Assembly: GCA_964234715.1 (NCBI GenBank)
Contig: OZ174281.1
Source: Podarcis melisellensis
Taxonomy: Eukaryota
Strand: one strand, 5' to 3'
Length of the DNA stretch: 64,000 nt
Shown: one piece after another, positions 62,166-64,000 of the stretch
Layout of the letters: each line of letters starts with the position of its first letter
Numbering within the stretch: position 1 is the stretch's first letter
The notes under the pieces: generated by a model
Told to the model about the DNA's origin: nothing
The model's input: the letters and a program-made list of their open reading frames with translations, nothing else
The model's database searches: none
Program-made: the position numbers and the translations under genes

Positions 62166-62398
62166 CAGTGGTACCTCGGGTTACAGACACTTCGGGTTAC
62201 ACGTTTTCAGGTTACGGACCGCGCGAAACCCGGAAGTACCGGAAAGGGTTACTTCCGGGTTTTGCTGCATGCACGGAAGCGTTAAATTGTGCTTTGCTCA
62301 TTTGCAGAAGCGCCAAATCGCATCACGTGCATGTGCGGACGCAGAGCTGCCGGTTACAAATGCTGTGGGTTGCGGACGTGCAACCCGAGCTTCCACTG
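62166..62398. mobile_element. pogo/Tigger-like MITE with the same TIR type but a different body
   Basis: TA-CAGTGGTACCTCGGGTT ... AACCCGAGCTTCCACTG-TA; CpG-rich body with internal palindrome aacccggaagta...tacttccgggtt. Confidence 0.85.
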
Positions 62399-64000
62399 TA
62401 TTTTGAAACAGAAGGGTAGGATGCTTCTTTCAAAAACTGTTTTGCCAGAAAATAATTTTTGTTGGTTTACTTATTTTCCACTGTCTAGCAAAATTAAGAT
62501 ATGTGAGATGTATGTATCGCAAATGAGTTCCCTTCTGTTTGGTAGGATTCTGGTTATTCGCAATTCATTTAATGTTGAGATTACATAAATGTAGGCAGGT
62601 TGAGACTAACTTCAATTAGAACTGAACATATTCCTTAGAATTGTAGGCAGTAGCATTATGGTAGTGCAGTAGGGTTGTCCACAGTGATACCTGCCTGGTT
62701 TTCAGTTTCTGTCATCTTCCCTCTCTCTCTCACCCCCCTCCTCTTTCTTCTCTGCACTTCATTTTAAAAAATCTGCAAGAATTGCACACCTTTCCTGCAC
62801 TTTTCTATTTCTATTTTATTTCATTTAAATATATATTTAAGTATTATTCTTTTACAGCTCCGAAAGATATGTATTAAATCCCTTGTACCTCCAGCAATGC
62901 ATGTTTCAGCCAAAAAAATTGCTACTTGTGTGTGGAGTACCATTGGACTGTATTGTTTTAGGTTTGTTCTCCTTCAGTTCCCTTTTTCTTTTAAAAAGCT
63001 CTTTATTTGTAAAGCCTTCTTTGAGCTGTTCACACACAATTTTTCAAAACCAAAACCTAACATAAGCATAAACGTGAACAGTATCAAAACCAAAATAGAG
63101 TGTATACATAAAATGAGCAGAACACAAGATCTAGAGCAATGAAAGTTACAGTCATACTTGCAAAGAAAGTGAGTGCTAGAGAAGTGACAAATAAGGCACG
63201 ATATAGGGAACACCTCTGAATGTGAACTATAGAGCCATGTCATGAGGCAGAACTTGCAAGGCTTTAACATGCATGTATCATTTTATATTTCTGGGAGTTT
63301 GCTGCTGATCTAGCAAGGCTCCTGTCATACTAATTAGACCCCAAATAAGCAGAAAGGCCTTTGCTGCAGCTCTGCCCACCATAGCTTTAATTTGGTAAAT
63401 AAGCTTCTTGAACCTGAGAATATCCCACGCTTTGTGAAATCATTGGACTAATAATAATAATAATAATGGTTAGTCACTTTTTTCCACAGAATTTAGGATG
63501 TGCATGAGGAATTCCAGTTTTTAGGTATAAATAAGGAAGGGTGGATGTTTATTTAAATATCACCCTATTGATGTTAACTTTTCTGCATTTATTGTTCCAT
63601 ATGTGATAATGGATAACTTACATGATGCACAATTTACTTCATTTTGCATTTTTAGATTTCTCACTACTATAGTTTTGTGACTAAATCTGAGTCGGGAACA
63701 AAGACAGTAATCCAGAACTATGCAAAATGGGTCGGATTTCTTTCCAAAGTCATTTTTTTGTAGCAGATGAACATGAAGTTGCACGTTTTGCTTGGATACA
63801 CACTGAAAGTGTCTCAACTCAGCACAGACCTGCACTAAGTATCTAATCTAGTGCCAACACACTTTCATGTCTGATTGACAGATGTGTGTATCTGCTCAGC
63901 ATCTTGCTAGACAGAACAAAAGAAGTATGGTTTCTAGGTGAATATGTGCCTAGCTAACTGGTATGATTGCTACGAAACGTAATTATTAATTTCCTGTACC

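Larger units (their letters stand above)
30076..64000 (+). other. TSHZ1: TSHZ1 intron 1 (continues beyond the window)
   Basis: GT donor at 30076; no long zinc-finger/homeobox ORF (exon 2) appears downstream in the window. Confidence 0.8.

Overview
Vertebrate genomic DNA from a squamate, probably a lacertid lizard (full-length Sauria SINE). It holds the head-to-head PTGR3 (ZADH2)/TSHZ1 locus. PTGR3 is complete on the minus strand (2 coding exons, 26233-25935 and 18768-17844, about 407 aa, ending in the peroxisomal signal SKL). TSHZ1 contributes only its 40-nt first coding exon (30036-30075, MPRRKQQAPRRSA), and its large first intron appears to fill the rest of the window. Non-coding DNA holds three CpG islands, HOX-PBX/MEIS-motif enhancer-like blocks, two solo LTRs, CR1 3' ends, TA-flanked MITEs and microsatellites. 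Three observations stand out. (1) A very young Penelope-like insertion 2.2 kb downstream of the PTGR3 stop has a perfect 109-bp inverted repeat that puts a minimal hammerhead-ribozyme motif on each strand, next to a separate perfect 28-bp hairpin. (2) The TSHZ1 upstream region has an ATGA-coupled uORF pair, and the second uORF encodes poly-Ala/poly-Gly across the GGC/GGA repeat. (3) Eight irregular N-runs lie in unique, enhancer-like DNA and look more like masked ultraconserved elements than assembly gaps. No new protein-coding system is supported; most track ORFs are noise.
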